Shown here piece after piece: positions 1 through 15,482 of a stretch of 64,000 bases of DNA. Both the position numbers and the translations under genes were made by a program. Source of the DNA: the human T2T-CHM13v2.0 reference genome, Homo sapiens; assembly GCF_009914755.1 (NCBI RefSeq), contig NC_060948.1; one strand, given 5' to 3'. Under the pieces are notes generated by a model. That model had not been told where the DNA came from. It searched no databases and saw only the letters and a program-made list of their open reading frames with translations. Position 1 is the first letter of the stretch. Each line of letters starts with the position of its first letter.

Positions 1-272
1 TCTCACTATTGTAACCACATCCCTGCACTTCTCAAATTAGCCAATTGGGTTCAGCTTAGATTGTGCAGTCCAACTCTAGCCAACAGATACTGGACATGGC
101 AGTAGGAGCCCAATGAATTAAAGATAAAGTGACTGCTTTCCTTTGTTCAGAGTGCTTTCATGGTGACCAAACTAATGAGCAGCACCCTTCTGCAGAGGTA
201 AACTTTGCCTTGCTGAGAAACCAATTGTTGGCGTGTTTATTTCATTTATGACTTTGAGCTTTATTTCTAACA
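1..272 (+). mobile_element. 3' part of an LTR10-family LTR (HERV-I/HERVIP10), truncated by the window start
   Basis: Has the motifs TTAGCCAATT...CTAGCCAA, CACCCTTCTGCAGAGGTAAACTTTGCCTTGCTGAGAA and the terminal CTTTATTTCTAACA typical of LTR10. Same architecture as 45757-45953. Confidence 0.7.
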
Positions 273-1353
273 TGGCCCAAAGTAATCCTCTTTTCTTGAA
301 CACATGGTAGAATGCCCTAGGTGAATCCCTCCAGTCTTCCAGTACCATCCTTGACTCCTCTCTCTGATGACACATGAACTTTATGCTTTTGCACACTTCA
401 GGCAACACCAAAAGAAAGGAAAAGAACAGCTTAGCTTCTTAATGTGTGTAAGAAACCACAGTGAAAAAAAATCAGGTGTGTTGTTGAGGCTGCTAAAAGC
501 TTTCCTTTTTTTTCTGTGCCAGTTCTCGCTGCCTCATTGGTTGAGATGGGATGTCTTTTTTGATGTCCTCTTTAGAGAGTGTTATCCTCACCTTTTTGCA
601 TAGTCCTACCAAAAGACACCTCACATGCAAAGTGTAACAGAAAATTACAGTCATGACTTTAGTTTTAAAAACAGGACGTATATTCATGAAGAATGTTTGC
701 TGTTTTCCCAGTGGGTTAATCATATGAATATAAAACAGACTAAAAATATCAAGTTGTTTTTGCATTTATTTATTGTAGAAATAAAATGGATTGCTACCTC
801 TGAGCTTCTGAGAAGCTGTTAACCTGTGTTTTACTTTGGGTCATAATGTCGCTTTCTGTGATCTCATATGAAGTGACGTTTTCTAGAATAATCCTTATTC
901 TGGTATTTCGGGGTCTTTTATTCTGCCTGAAGTGGTTGTGTGAAGTCACAGAATATGTGCATGTCCTCCTATGTAGAGTTAAAGGGCTGAAAGAGTGGCC
1001 TCAAGCCTTCCCCTCCCTCCCAGGTGTGAAAATTTGGATTTCAAGGTCTGGGAGGCCATGTTTTTTTCAGACCGGTTAAGGATGATCATTTTATGTTAAA
1101 TAAACATTGGGATAAACTTACAGTTGTTTATGTCCTGTGCCTAGATGAGCAGTTTTCCCATGATTAAAATAAGCAGTATTTTGGTAAACATTGGTAAGTT
1201 ACACATTTTAGTTTAGGAAGCCACAGCAAGTCAGAAGGCTCTTTGTGCCGCTGGGTGCCACTGAGTGATTCCTGGCAGTGCGGCAGTTCTCCAGCCCCAG
1301 GAGACCCTGTGAAAGCAGCACAAACAATGCTTATGGCAAAACTCACAGTGCTG

Positions 1354-1767
1354 TGCTGTGGACCTTGCTGGACCATAACAAAGGGGGACGTGGGAATAAA
1401 GACAAAAAAGAGTATATTTGGAAGAAGGGGTCAGGGGCTCCTTGCTTCTACTGAACTTCCTAGAGCCCTTCATATTTATTGAGTAAAGGAGATAGGGAGA
1501 AGGGGGTGGTTGTGGTCAGCTGCTTGACTGTGGTCATGCAGGTGTGCATGACTGCATTCTCTGAACAGTAGTCTCCAGATGTTCAAGTAGATAACTTCAA
1601 TGAGCCTGCTACCAGGGAGTGACTGCCCTCAGCAAACCTTCTGGCAGCAGGTGCAGATGTGAGTTTGCACACATCCTGCATTCATGATAAACAGTTTGCT
1701 GTTTGATCATATAGCCTCCACTGGAATGCTGAGTTCGTCACAATCCTCAGGCTTTTAGCTCCCAACA
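1354..1767 (-). mobile_element. LTR3 (LTR3B-like) solo LTR of HERV-K(HML-6)
   Basis: Reverse complement starts TGTTGGGAGC...AACTCAGCATTCCAGTGGAGGCTATATGATCAAACAGCAAACTGTTTATCATGAATGCAGGATGTG. Imperfect 6-bp flanks GTGCTG/GTGTTT. Confidence 0.75.
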
Positions 1768-2177
1768 GTGTTTATTCTTGACCTGGGTGTCTACCCTAAA
1801 TTCATGTCATTTTTCCTATCTTGGTGGATGTAACTGGAATGCTTTAAAGAAAATATGAGAGTTTTGTCTGCATGTTTCCCTTGAGCCTGGAACTGAGATT
1901 ATGACCCCAGACAGCCTGCACAGGGCTCTTTCCTTTCAGGAACACCTGCTTAGGCTAGAATACCAGAGGAGGGAGAAGGTTAGGCTCTCCCTGTCTTGGT
2001 AACTTTCCTAGTCAGCTCTCCAAGATGCCAAAACCTTCCTTCATGTTTGTTGGGAACTGTATCCCTAGCACCATGATGTTGGAGCAAGAAGAAGGATACA
2101 TGTCCCTTTTGGGTAGCTTGACTCATTCCAATTATGGACCTGCTTGTTGTTAGGGTCTGTGTGAATGTGCAGTATTC

Positions 2178-3694
2178 TTTTTTTGAGATGGAGTCTCACT
2201 CTGTCACCTGGAGGGCAATGGTGCTGTGTCCGGAATTGGTGGCTTCTTGGTTTCATTGACATCAAGGATGAAGCCGTGCACCCTCACGGTGACTGTTACA
2301 GTTCTTAACGATGGTGTGTCCGGAGTTTGTTTCTTCAGATGTTCAGATGTGTCCGGAGTTTCTCCCTTCTGGTGGGTTTGTGGTCTCGCTGACTTCAGGA
2401 GTGAAACTGCAGACCTTCATGGTGTTAAACAGCTCTTAAAGGCAGCACGTGTGGAGTTGTTCCTTCTGGTGGGTTCTTGGTCTTGCTGGCCTCAGGAGTG
2501 AAGCTGCAGACCTTCATGGTGAGTGTTACAGCTCATAAGGGCGGTGTGGACCCAAAGAGTGAGTAGCAGCAAGATCTACTGCAAAGAGCAAAAGAACAAA
2601 GGTTCCATAGCACCGAAGGGGACCTGAGCAGGTTGCTGCTGCTGGCTATCTGGCCCCACCCACATCCTACTGATTGGTCCGTTTTGCAGAAAGCCAATTG
2701 GTCTGTTTTGACAAGGTGCTGATTGGTGGGTTTACAATCCTTTAGCTAGACACAAAAGTTCTCCAAGTCCCCACTAGATTAGTCAGACCCAGAGTGCTGA
2801 TTGATGCATTTATTTACAAACCTTTAGGTAGACAGAGTGCTGTTTGGTGCGTTTACAGTCCTTTAGCTAGACACAAAAATTCTCCAAGTCCCCACTAGAT
2901 TAGCTAGACACAGAGCGCTGATTGGTGCGTTTACAAACCTTCAGGTAGACACAGAGTGCTTGGTGCGTTTACAAACCTCTAGTTAGACACAGAGTGCTGA
3001 TTGGTGTGTTTACACAATCCTTTAGCTAGAAAGAAAAGTTCTCCAAGTCCCCACCCATCCCAGAAGCCCAGTCAGGTTCACCTCTCACTGGCACGTGCTG
3101 CAGGACTCTGTGGCACCCAGCCCGGGCACTCCGGCAGCCCAGAGGGAGCCTACTCCCCCGACGAAGCCCGGCAGGTGCCGGCCAGCTGCGCCAAGTGCGG
3201 GGCCGCGGAGGCCACAGCCCACCCAGAACGCGCGCAGGCCGAGACCGCGCGCAGCCCCGGCTCCCGCCCACGCTTTTACCTCCACATCTCCCCAGGAGCA
3301 GAGGTAGCCGGCTCCGGCCTCCGCTAGTTCCAGAGAGGGGCCCCCACAGTGCAGCAGGGGGCTGAAGGGCTCCTTGAGCGTGGCCAGAGTGGACGCCTAG
3401 GCAGAGGAGGCACCGAGAGCAAGCGAGGGCTGCTAGCATGTAGCCACCCCTCAGTGCGATCTCAGCTCACTGCAGCCTCCACCGCCTGGGTTCAAGCAAT
3501 TCTTCTGTCCCAGCCTCCTGAGTAGCTGAGATTACAGGTGTGTGCCACCATGCCTGGCTAATTTTTGTGTTTCTAGTAGAGATGGGGTTTCATCATGCTA
3601 GCCAGGTTGGTCTCAAACTTCTGACCTCACGTGATCTGCCTGCCTTGGCCTCTCAAAGTGCTGGGATTACAGGTGTGAGCCACCGCGCCCGGCT
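2178..3694 (-). mobile_element. AluS interrupted by LTR12 (Alu parts 2178-2224 and 3454-3694)
   Basis: TTTTTGAGATGGAGTCTCACTCTGTCACC...GGTGC is followed by the LTR, and the Alu resumes GTGCGATCTCAGCTCACTGCA...CCACCGCGCCCGGC. Confidence 0.9.
2225..3453 (-). mobile_element. LTR12 (LTR12D-like, ERV9) solo LTR, 4-bp TSD GTGC
   Basis: Termini TGTGTCCGGAATTGG...CACCCCTCA, tandem GCTGATTGG (CCAAT) enhancer repeats at 2660-3010 and a GC-rich U3. GTGC at 2221-2224 and 3454-3457. Confidence 0.92.
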
Positions 3695-3827
3695 GTGAAT
3701 GGGCAGTATTATTCAATGCTGCAAGCATTTTTGCTTGGCTGAATTGCCTGATAGATAGGAATTTGGAGAAAAAGAAGTTTACGTATATATGTGGTGGCAC
3801 TTTATTTCTTACATCAGTAATAAATCA

Positions 3828-4144
3828 TTTATTTACTTTTATTTTTTATTTATTTTTTTGAGACAGAGTCTTGCTCTGTCGCCCAGGCTGGACTGCAGTA
3901 GTGCGTTCTTGGATCTTCACTTACTATAAGCTCTGCCTCCCAGGTTCATGCCATTCTCCTGCCTCAGCCTCCTGAGTAGCTGGGACTACAGGCACCTGCC
4001 ACCATGCCTGGCTAATCTGTATTTTTAGTGGAGACGGGGTTTCACCGTGTTAGCCTGGATGGTCGTGATCTCCTGACCTAGTGATCCACCCCCCTCAGCC
4101 TTCCAAAGTGCTGGGATTACAGGCGTAAGCCACCACGCTGGGCC
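3828..4144 (-). mobile_element. Alu (Y/Sc-like)
   Basis: T-rich tail followed by GAGACAGAGTCTTGCTCTGTCGCCCAGGCTGG...GCCACCACGCTGGGCC. Confidence 0.9.
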
Positions 4145-4167
4145 TATAACAAACGATTTACTTATCT

Positions 4168-4446
4168 ATTTTTAGAGACAGGCCCTGTTACTCAGGCTGA
4201 AGTGCAGTGGGGCAATCACAGTTCATTGTGGCCTCAACTTCCAGGGCTCAACTGATACTCCTCAAAGTAGCTGAGACCACATATGCATGCCACTATGCCC
4301 TGCTTTAAAAAAAAAAATTCTTAATTTTTGTAGAGACAGGTCTTGCTGTATTGCCTAGGTTAGCCTCGAACCCCTGAACTCAAACAGTCTTCCTGCTTTG
4401 GCCTCCCAAAGTGCTGACATTACAAGTGTGAGCTGCCACACTTGGA
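4168..4446 (-). mobile_element. AluJ
   Basis: Diverged Alu dimer: AGAGACAGG...CTCAGGCTGAAGTGCAGTGG...CCCAAAGTGCTG. Confidence 0.8.
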
Positions 4447-4634
4447 CAACAAATACTTTAATATAGTGATACCATATAAACTCATTTTAAGAACTGGAGA
4501 AAAATTCAGTAGGACTGAGCCATGATTTCCATTTCTGGTGCACTGTGGGTGATACTTAGTGTGAACCTGGACACCTGTGCTCCTTCAGTTGTTCATATAT
4601 CTTGTCATCCATGGGAAGATGAGAAGTGAAGTTG

Positions 4635-4952
4635 GGCCAGGTGCGGTGGCTCACGCCTGTAATTCCAGCACTTTGGGAGGCTGAGGCGGGCGGATCACGA
4701 GGTCAGGAGATTGAGACCATCCTGGCTAACACGGTGAAACCCCGTCTTACTAAAAATACAAAAAAATTAGCTGGGCGTGATGGCGGACGCCTGTAGTCCC
4801 AGCTACTCAGGAGGCTGAGGCAGGAGAATGGCGTGAACCCAGGAGATAAAGCTTTCAGTGAGCCGAGATTGCACCACTACACTCCAGTCTGGGCGACAGA
4901 GTGAGACTCTGTCTCAAAAAAAAAAAAAAAAAAGAAAGAAAGAAAAGAAAAA
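4635..4952 (+). mobile_element. AluY
   Basis: GGCCAGGTGCGGTGGCTCACGCC...GAGACCATCCTGGCTAACACGGTG...GAGAATGGCGTGAACCC, with an A/GAAA tail and AAGTTG flanks. Confidence 0.92.
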
Positions 4953-5620
4953 GTTGAGTGGAGTTCTGTCATCAGAGTCTGCCATGCAAAAATTGGTAGT
5001 GCCAGTATGCAAACGTAATTCCCAGCTGCCATAAAAGTCCAGGTGGCTTCACAGTTTTTGATTGTATTTTCTAAAAGCAGCTGAATAGGGAATTGAAGTC
5101 CCTGCCATTTGGTTCATTTGGGGGTCAGAATAAACTTGGGTCCTTGCCTTCAAATCTTTCAAGAGAATCTTATCATGCATTCTAGTTCTATACAATTGTA
5201 ATGCCAGCTCCATGTAGATAAAAACTCAAGAATTCAAAATTATAAACTTGAAAATGGCAATTGCCAAGTTCTGTCAGTCACACATCAGTCTGGGAGACAT
5301 GATTTGGTTTAATTCCCATTTTGATTTTGGAAAAAAGTCACATTTGGCTTGCTTTGTTTCACCAAGACACACTGGTGGTTCTGTCCCAATTTCAGCCACT
5401 TCCAGTGATCTGTATTAGGATACTTCAAAAACCCTAACCAGAAGAGGCAATCTTTGAGGTGCACCCAGCTCAGAAGCTGGTGAAAATAAGAATGATTAAT
5501 CTCTTCTGGGCAGTACATGACAGAAATTATCATAGACCATATGAGAACAGGGAGAGAAACTTGTGGGTATTACATGTCATGCTGTGCTCTGATAAAAAGA
5601 AGGTTGTGGATATTACATGT

Positions 5621-6262
<642 letters not shown>

Positions 6263-6913
6263 CACGACATGCTGTGCTCTGATAAATTTCATGGGACTCA
6301 GTATGATTTCTTTAAGTTGGTAGTCTCCAAATTTGGGGAAAGGACAGGGACAGAAATGACTTGCCTCAGGTTTTAATTCTTGAAAGTGTCTCCCAGGTGA
6401 GTTTTATGCCCTCTGGCAGGTGCACAGCAAGATTTATTGGTGTGCAGGGAGAAACTATGAAAATGCTCTCTAAAAATATCCAACAGTTGCAAAAAATACA
6501 TATTTTCTTTGAAAACATACATATGATATTAGTTGAGTATTTTATATATTTAATAAATAAATTACATGACTTAGCAGCACCTGCTTAAAACTTTGACTGA
6601 TAAGGTTACACACACATGAAAAAGATCACTGATGTAGGTCCCCAAAGGCTAGAAGAGAGGGTGATACTAAAGTCCCTGGATGCAGGTGGGACACAGTTGT
6701 ACTCCCGTTTCCTTTGGCTTTAGCTGCTCAGGTATGTGTGAGCTTGCGTGTGCATGTATGTGCACTAAGTAACTTTGATATCCACCAGCTTAAAGATCAG
6801 GCATTGCTCCAGAGAAGTACAGATATTAGTGATTTGACTTATTGAAGAAAGAACATGGAGTGACAGGACTGCACTTTTTGGATCTGGTGTATTCTGTATG
6901 TTGTTTTCTTAAA

Positions 6914-7853
6914 TTTTATTTATGTATTTATTTAACTAATTTATTTATTTTGAAATGGAGTCTTGCTCTGTTGCCCAGGCTGCAGTGCAGTGTGTAATCT
7001 CAGCTCTCTGCAACCTCTGCCTCCCGGGTTCAAGCAATTCTCCTGCCTTAGCTTCCCCAGTAGCTGGGACTACAGGTACATGCTACCATGCCTGGCTAAT
7101 TTTTGTATTTTTGGGAGAGACGGATTCACCATGTTGGCAAGGTTGGTCTTGATCTCCTGACCTTGTGGTTCATCTGCCTAGACCTCTCAAAGTGCTGGGA
7201 TTACAGATGTGAGTCGCCGTGTCTGGCCTATTATTTTTTATTTTTTTGTTTTCCAAATTATGTATTTTCTTTTTTTCAAGACAGAGTTTTGCCTTGTTGC
7301 TGAAGCTGGAGTGCAGCAGCACTATCTAGACTCACTGCAACCTCTGCCTCCTGGGTTCAAGTGATTGTTTTGCCTCATCCTCCCAAGTAGGTGGGACTAC
7401 AGGTGTGCCACCACGCCCAGCTAATTTTTATATTTTTAGTAGAGACAGGGTTTCACCGTTCTGGCCAGGCTGGTCTCAAATTCCTGACCTTGTGATCTGC
7501 CCGTTTTGGCCTCCTAAAATGCTGGGATTATAGACATGACCCACTGTGCCCAGCCTTTTTTTATATTTTGAAACAGAGTTTCACTCTTATTGCGTAGGCT
7601 GGAGTGCAACGGCATGGTCTTGGGTCACTGAAACTTCTGCCTCCCAGGTTCAAGGGATTCTCCTACCATAGCCTCCCAAGTAGCTGGGATTACAGGTGTG
7701 CACCACCACAACACGTCGAGGTAATTTTTTGTATTTTTATTAGAGATGGGGTCTCACCATGTTGGCCGGTGTTGAACTCCTGACCTCAGTTGATCACCCG
7801 CCTTGGCCCCACAAAGTGCTGGAATTACAGGTGTGAGGCACTGCACCTGGCCT
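6914..7853 (-). mobile_element. Three head-to-tail Alus (~6914-7229, 7230-7555, 7556-7853)
   Basis: Three consecutive T-tail plus Alu-body units. Confidence 0.9.
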
Positions 7854-8675
7854 GCGTGTTGTTTTAAAGCTGAAAAAATATGTTTTAGAACTAGATGACA
7901 GTATCTTGTTTGCTGGTGCATGAGGAAATCTTGGAAAAATGCTAAGCATTTTATGACTCTCCAGTGTTTTCATAATCTGTAATTCTGTTTATAAATCAGT
8001 CACTTTCATTGAAAGGTGCTGTTGGTGTTGTGGAGAGTTAGACATTTTGCTGCAGAGATGGTTGACTTTAAAAGATAGCAACATGAAATAGTGCCAGAAA
8101 TGGGTTGTTATAAAAGTTCTTGTATGCCTTAAATCTGGCTTTTTTTTTTCCAGACACGTATTTCGTCTGTTGTGGTTATTGTTAACAGTTTTGTTTTTGC
8201 ATTTCACATTAGAGTTTTTTTTTGTTGTTGTTGTTGAGAAAATTGTCATTTGGTTGCTGCTACGTTACTGGTGTTACAGAGTGAATAAATGTAGAAATTA
8301 CACACAGGATTCAGACCACATTATGGGTTGTGGAGGTGAGAAATAGGACTCACCGCCAAACTTAAGGTCTTTTGGCTGAGCCCATTTGCTGAGAATAGCT
8401 GAAGATTTGGTTTTCATCAGGCTAAATGCCAGCCAACTTCAAGTAGTTCCAGGTTTCCAGATCAGATTTTTAGTTTGTTTAACTTTTAGTTTAACTGAGA
8501 GGATTGACATACCAGCTTTTGTTTTTATGTATTATTTTTGGGGTTTGCATCTATTTTCTCCTTTGTGAATAATGCATTTGCAGTGTAACTTTGTTATATG
8601 AAATGATGCTTATATACTGGTGCAGTGCATTAAAAAGCCTACAGGGAACAATACTTGTAGATTTGTATGTATTGA

Positions 8676-10053
8676 TGTCACAGGTTCCTTGGGGTGTTGC
8701 TTTGCCCGAGGAAAACCTTTGTGGGAGGTGGTGCCTTCTGCCTTAGTTTTGCTCAGGCCTGCTGGGTTCATTCCACCCACTTGGCCTGGGAGGCTGTACT
8801 TGGCTTGTGCTACTGGCCTGGATCCCATGCCTGCCAAGGGTGAGCCAGGCACAGGGCACTGGGGTGTCTGTGTGAATGTGGGGTGCTGGCTCCGTGTGAG
8901 ACTGTGGCTAGACCAGATGTACCACATGTGGCTTTTGTTGTGGGCGTCTGCATCTGGACAAGGAGAACGTGGTGGCACCCAGAAGATTGGAGACATGAGG
9001 AACTGCAGAAAGCCAAAGAGGGTATCACAGCCCTGGCTTGGGTATCCCACTTTGAAAATCCACAACTCATCTCTCCTCATTGCCTGCAACATGGTAAACA
9101 GGGAGGGAGGGGTGTGTTTTAGCCCTGTTTGTGTTACAGATCTTTCAGTCCCACCATTTGGTGGGTCCTGAGTTCTTATCCCACATCCAGGAAGAATGTG
9201 GTACGTAGACAGTTGGTAGGGGAGCAAGGTGGAGAGAAGCTTCATTGAACAACAGAACAGCTCTCAGGAGACCTAAAGTGGGTAACTCCTTTCCACAGGC
9301 AGGTCATCCTAAAGTCTAGCTGATACTGGCTGAGTCCGGAGTTTTTATGGTCTCAGAAGAGAGGAAGTGTGTGCTCATTGATCCATGGGGTCCATGAATG
9401 TACCCAAAGAAAGCACCATAAGCTCTGACTTCTGGCCACAGACTCCACCCCGAACTGGCAGCCTGGTCCCCAGGCTTCAGGCCATCCCTGGCCTGAAGGT
9501 GGGATTTCACCAGGAACCCACCCTTTCCTGCCTAGGAACCTATCTGCCTCCCATGTCCATCAACATGCTGTCCATGGTGCCTAGGCTGTCCAAGCTGAGG
9601 GGTGCCTGCAAGCCTGCACTGAGCTACCCTTGGCCTTCCAGCCTCCTTCTTGTGCTCATCAGTGCCCAAAGTCTGGAGGGGGTCAAGGTGGCAAAGGCTG
9701 AGCATGTCAGTGTTGCCTCAAGTGTGTACACACCCAGCTGGGTCACAACAGCACTCAGGCTTGGCTTCAACTTTGCTCTGAAATTGGAGCAGGTGCTGGG
9801 ATTGGGGAGAGGCCAGGCAGCATGATCAGGCACTTCTGAGCCTGTGGGGGCAGTGCCTTCCTGGGCCCCTGAGAGTAGTGGTATGCCCGGGTACAACTGT
9901 GGCTGGGTGGTTGCAGCTGCACCTAGAAGGGTGGGCCTCTGTGTTCCCAGCTCCTGATGGGAACACTATGGAGTGTGCGGCCTCAGCCAGGCCTGCCCTG
10001 CTTCAGCTAGCATTTTCCAAGCAGCTGCTCCAGATGGGCCGCCGCTACCATCA
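8676..10053 (-). mobile_element. MER52 (MER52A-like) solo LTR
   Basis: Termini TGTCACAGGTTCCTTGGGGTG... and ...CAGATGGGCCGCCGCTACCATCA (reverse complement TGATGGTAGCGGCGGCCCATCTGGAGC). The ORFs at 8610-9896 lie inside it. Confidence 0.8.
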
Positions 10054-10810
10054 CCAACAGGATAACGCATAGCTGAGCATGGTTCATGCTCATCTTTTGC
10101 TAAAGTGAAATATTTATGTCTACTTTTCTTTAAAAAAAACCCTGTTACTTCTCTTTATAGTAATACTTCATTGTTCACTGTAAAGAGAAAGTAGAATTTT
10201 TAAGTATCTCGTTTCATGCACCTGTCTCCACTCTCCAGAGACCAGTGCATTTAGGTCCCCATAAGACCGTTATAATAAAGTGTAAATAAAGCAAATGCAG
10301 AGTATATTTGGGGACATACTTTGTATGCCCCCACAGCCCCACCCTTATAAGAGAAAAGAGATGGCATAATGTATTTTGCGTTTAGCCAGATGCTTTGAGA
10401 TTTACACAGGTGACTTCATATTGCAAGCAGGTCAGTGGAAAACCACTGAATTGCTTCAGCTGTGAACTAGAATCCTCTCCTGTCTCTGTTGTTGGGTGAC
10501 AACACTCGTAATTATTCATTTGCTTATTTGCCAGCCAAATCACCATATGTAGTATCTCAAAAGTGTATCTCACAGAATGACCCTAAGCAGGTTGACCTCT
10601 GAAGCCTGCACCAGAGTTGACTTTATTTCCTAAGTGATGACTTTATTTCCTGTGCTTGTGAAGGGCAACTGTCTAGGTAGAGTTTCTGGGTGTTTGAGGT
10701 GCAAGAGGTACTTAAGGAAATGAATAATAAGGCCAAATGGTAAAAGCCCCAGGGACATGGAATCTCTGAATATGCTAACCTCCAGAGAAACTATGAAAAC
10801 AAATTAGTTT

Positions 10811-11750
<940 letters not shown>

Positions 11751-12801
11751 AAACTATTTATGGCATTGTTGAATTACTATCTATATAATTTATATCAGTG
11801 ACAGCAGTAACTTCTCATTAGGAAAATAGGCTTACTAAAATTAGCAGCTTTCATCTTTATACGGAAATCAATTTTAGCTGGAATAATTGTATGCGAAGCT
11901 TTATAATTGGAAATTTGAAGTCAGCAAAATTACTTTAGTTACGTTAGTGTACTCAAACAAAATGTAGAATAAGATTAGTTCATGGGAACATTTCATTTTT
12001 ATCTCAGTCAGCACTGGTCATACCCACCCAGTAGTTAGATAGTTTCTAGTTAAATTTTGTAATTTTTTGAACATCCTGGACATGTTTTACAAAATTAGAA
12101 ACACTAGTTGCAAAAAGAGGTTGTATGTTTTAATTATTTCCCAGTTCATCTTTAACTGCAATAAAAACACAGGGTAAGTTGTCCTTTTTGAATTTTCTTT
12201 TCTTTACGTGTCTGGCAAACAGAGGACCAAGCCTGGGGATCATTAATCTGCTTTTTCTGCGTGATGTTGTAAGGGAAGTTTGGGCTGGATTCATAGTTTG
12301 CTGTCTAAAAGTAAATGTTCAGCCTTTTCTAGTTCCCTGTTTTATTTACTTTTCCATTCAATGTCCTATATTTGGACAACAAATAAATTTTTCTGATGGG
12401 TTTCTGTTGGCCCGGATGTTCATCCCAGTGGAAATTCTTTCCTTCCACACCACTGGGTTGGGAAGTGTTTGCTGGTATTTGGCTTTCTGTATCTCCTGGA
12501 GTTGTCTTAGATACATTGTGTATTCAGGTTGGGCAGTCATTCCCTTTGCAAGCTCTGTGTTACTTTGTTTCATTTGGCTTTGCCGTAAATGTTTGCCCTT
12601 GGCTTGCCAAGATGTCAGCTTGTGATGTTTCATTTAACTTAGAATTATTGAGCCTGACCTAAAATTAAATGTTTTCTTAAACATTGTTAATTGAGATATA
12701 AGTGACATAGAAGTCACCTCTTTGAGGTGTATCATTCAATGAGTTTTAGTAAATTTACTTGGTTTTGTAGACATCACCATAATCTAGTTTTAGAACATTT
12801 T

Positions 12802-13100
12802 CTTTCTTGTTTTGTTTTGAGACAAGAGTCTCACTCTGTCGCCCAGGCTGGAGAGCAGTGGTGTGATCTTGGCTCATTGCAGCCTCCACTTCCAGGTTCA
12901 AGCCATTCTCCTGTCTCAGCCTCCTGAGTAGCTGGGATTATGGGCATATGCCACCACACCCGGCTAATTTTTGTATTTTTAGTCGAGATGGGGTTTCACC
13001 GTATTGGCCAGGCTGGTCTTGAACTCCTGATTTCAGGTGGTCTCCCTGCCTCGGCCACCCAAAGTGCTGGTATTACAGGCCTGAGCCACCATGCCAGGCC
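12802..13100 (-). mobile_element. AluS with 16-bp TSD AGTTTTAGAACATTTT, inside an old L1M 3' fragment (~12670-13230)
   Basis: TSD at 12786-12801 and 13101-13116. Confidence 0.88.
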
Positions 13101-13118
13101 AGTTTTAGAACATTTTGA

Positions 13119-13600
<482 letters not shown>

Positions 13601-15035
13601 TGAGACCTGACTTAGTCACTTTGCCTCGCACTCTCCTCACCAGGAAGGGTAGGTGGGGAAAGGGGAAAGAAGGCAAGTATAATAGCCTAATGGGCATTCC
13701 ACCTCAGTTTTCTCATCTGTAAAATCAGGATAATGATGGACTTTTTGCAGGCTCTAAATGTGAAATCCCATGGGAAGTAATTAGCTGGAAATGTGGCATA
13801 CTGAGGGAGCTCATTGTTTTTGTGTTAACAGTAGGAAATGCTGCATAAAGAAGGTGGGAAATGAGCTACCTGTAGAAAGATGGCCTAAGTCCCTGGAAAG
13901 CTGAGGGCACACACCCCTTATGCTGCCCCTGTCTTTCATCGTGAAAGAACCTGCCTGTGAACCTCATGCTTGGAGGGAAGCTGGATGTTGGCCCAGGATA
14001 TACCTTTGCTGTGTTGTCCTCAATCCAGGGCAGAAAGCTCCCAATGTACAGGTTGATTATTATAAAGGAAGAAGGTGTGTTCTTGGAATGTAATGGGTAG
14101 AGGCCAGCAATGGCCTCCTTCAATACAGAGGATGGTCCCCTCCTCTGCCAACAAAGAGTTATCCAGCTCCAAAAGGTCAGCACTGGGGAGGTTAAGAAAT
14201 CTGGCCTTAGAAGTTTTGCACCTGCTGATAGCTGTAAATGAGGTACTTACATTCTCCATAATGAAGTTGAAGGAATAAAAATCCCATGGAGCTTATGAAA
14301 GAAATACAAGTGTCTTTTAGTCTGCATATATTCCGTGGAAATAGGGAATATTCCATGGAAATAGGGATTTCCCTCTAAAGCAAAAATGATAAGACTTTCA
14401 AGCTTGAGTTTTGAAGGAAAAAAAAAAAGACTTTCAAACCTGTTAGAAGCATTCATTTACCAGTGAAAAGTAAAATGTTTTGTAGGCAGAGAAACCATGA
14501 CCGTCCCTTGGCTTCAATCTGATGGTCATGTTCATCTGTGTCTGTTCCCTGAATAACGAGTGTCCACACCTGCCCCCCTTCTCTACTTAATACTTATTAG
14601 TGAGTGCTAACTCTCCTCCTTTCCTGCCTGGCTGGGCCTTTTTCTCCTTCTCCCCTGAAGCTTGCTGCATCTGCTTTCCTCCCTCTCATTAGCTTTGATT
14701 TGTGCTCCTAGGTATCTTTTTGCCTGCCCCAAGCTCATTTTCCCCAACCACGCTCCACTCCCAGGTGATAGCTAATTGTATACTTATTTCAAAGAATCCA
14801 AGCACTGTAGAGTTCTTTCCTTCCTTATCTAGCAGAATCACCAGTTCTGTCTAGAGGGCAACATTATGGATTTTTCTCTACCACTTTCAACTGTCCATAC
14901 ACAAATATGTAGTCTGCTGTTTTTATCTAAATGGACTGTTATTAGTTTCACTCTGTCTGCTTTCCATATTTTTGTATCTTGATGGAGGTATATTGAAATA
15001 CAGTAAGCTAGACATTAAGGTAGAGTTTAGCCCAT

Positions 15036-15482
15036 CTTTTCTTTCTTTTTTGGTATATTATTCATAGAGATGGGGTCTCACTCTTGTCCAGGTTGATGTC
15101 AAACTCCTGGGCTGAAGCAGTCCTCCCACCTTGGCCTCCCAGGGTGCTGGGATTACTGGTGTAAGCCACCACACCCAATCCTTTTTTTTTCCTTTTTATA
15201 TCAAGATCTTGCTTTGTTACCAGGCTGGAGCCCAGTGGCACAGTCCTGCAGCCTTTGCCTCAACCCTTGTGATCGAGCGATCCTACCACCTCAGCCTCCC
15301 AAGTAGCTGGGACTAAATGCATGCCACTATACTTGGCTAATTTTCTTTTCTTTTCTTTTTCTTTTTTTTTTTGGTAGAGAAGGTTTTTTTCCAAATTGCC
15401 CAGGCTGCTGGTCTTGGACTCCTAGACTTAAGGGAGATCCTCCTGCCTCAAGCACCTCCCAAAGTGTTGGGATTATAGGTGT
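15036..15482 (-). mobile_element. FLAM/Alu monomer plus AluJ within an old L1M fragment (L1M continues to ~15900)
   Basis: AGAGATGGGGTCTCACT...CCTCCCAGGGTGCTGGGATT, then a second diverged Alu, then L1M 3'UTR-like text. Confidence 0.75.

Noticed and set aside
3001-3439. GC-rich ORFs or a possible first exon
   Set aside because: Entirely within LTR12 U3.
8610-9896. Overlapping 146-211-aa ORFs
   Set aside because: They lie within a GC-rich MER52 LTR and have no recognisable domain or splice structure.
12179-12662. 148-aa ORF in unique sequence
   Set aside because: Non-ATG start, no domain and composition like random T-rich intron.
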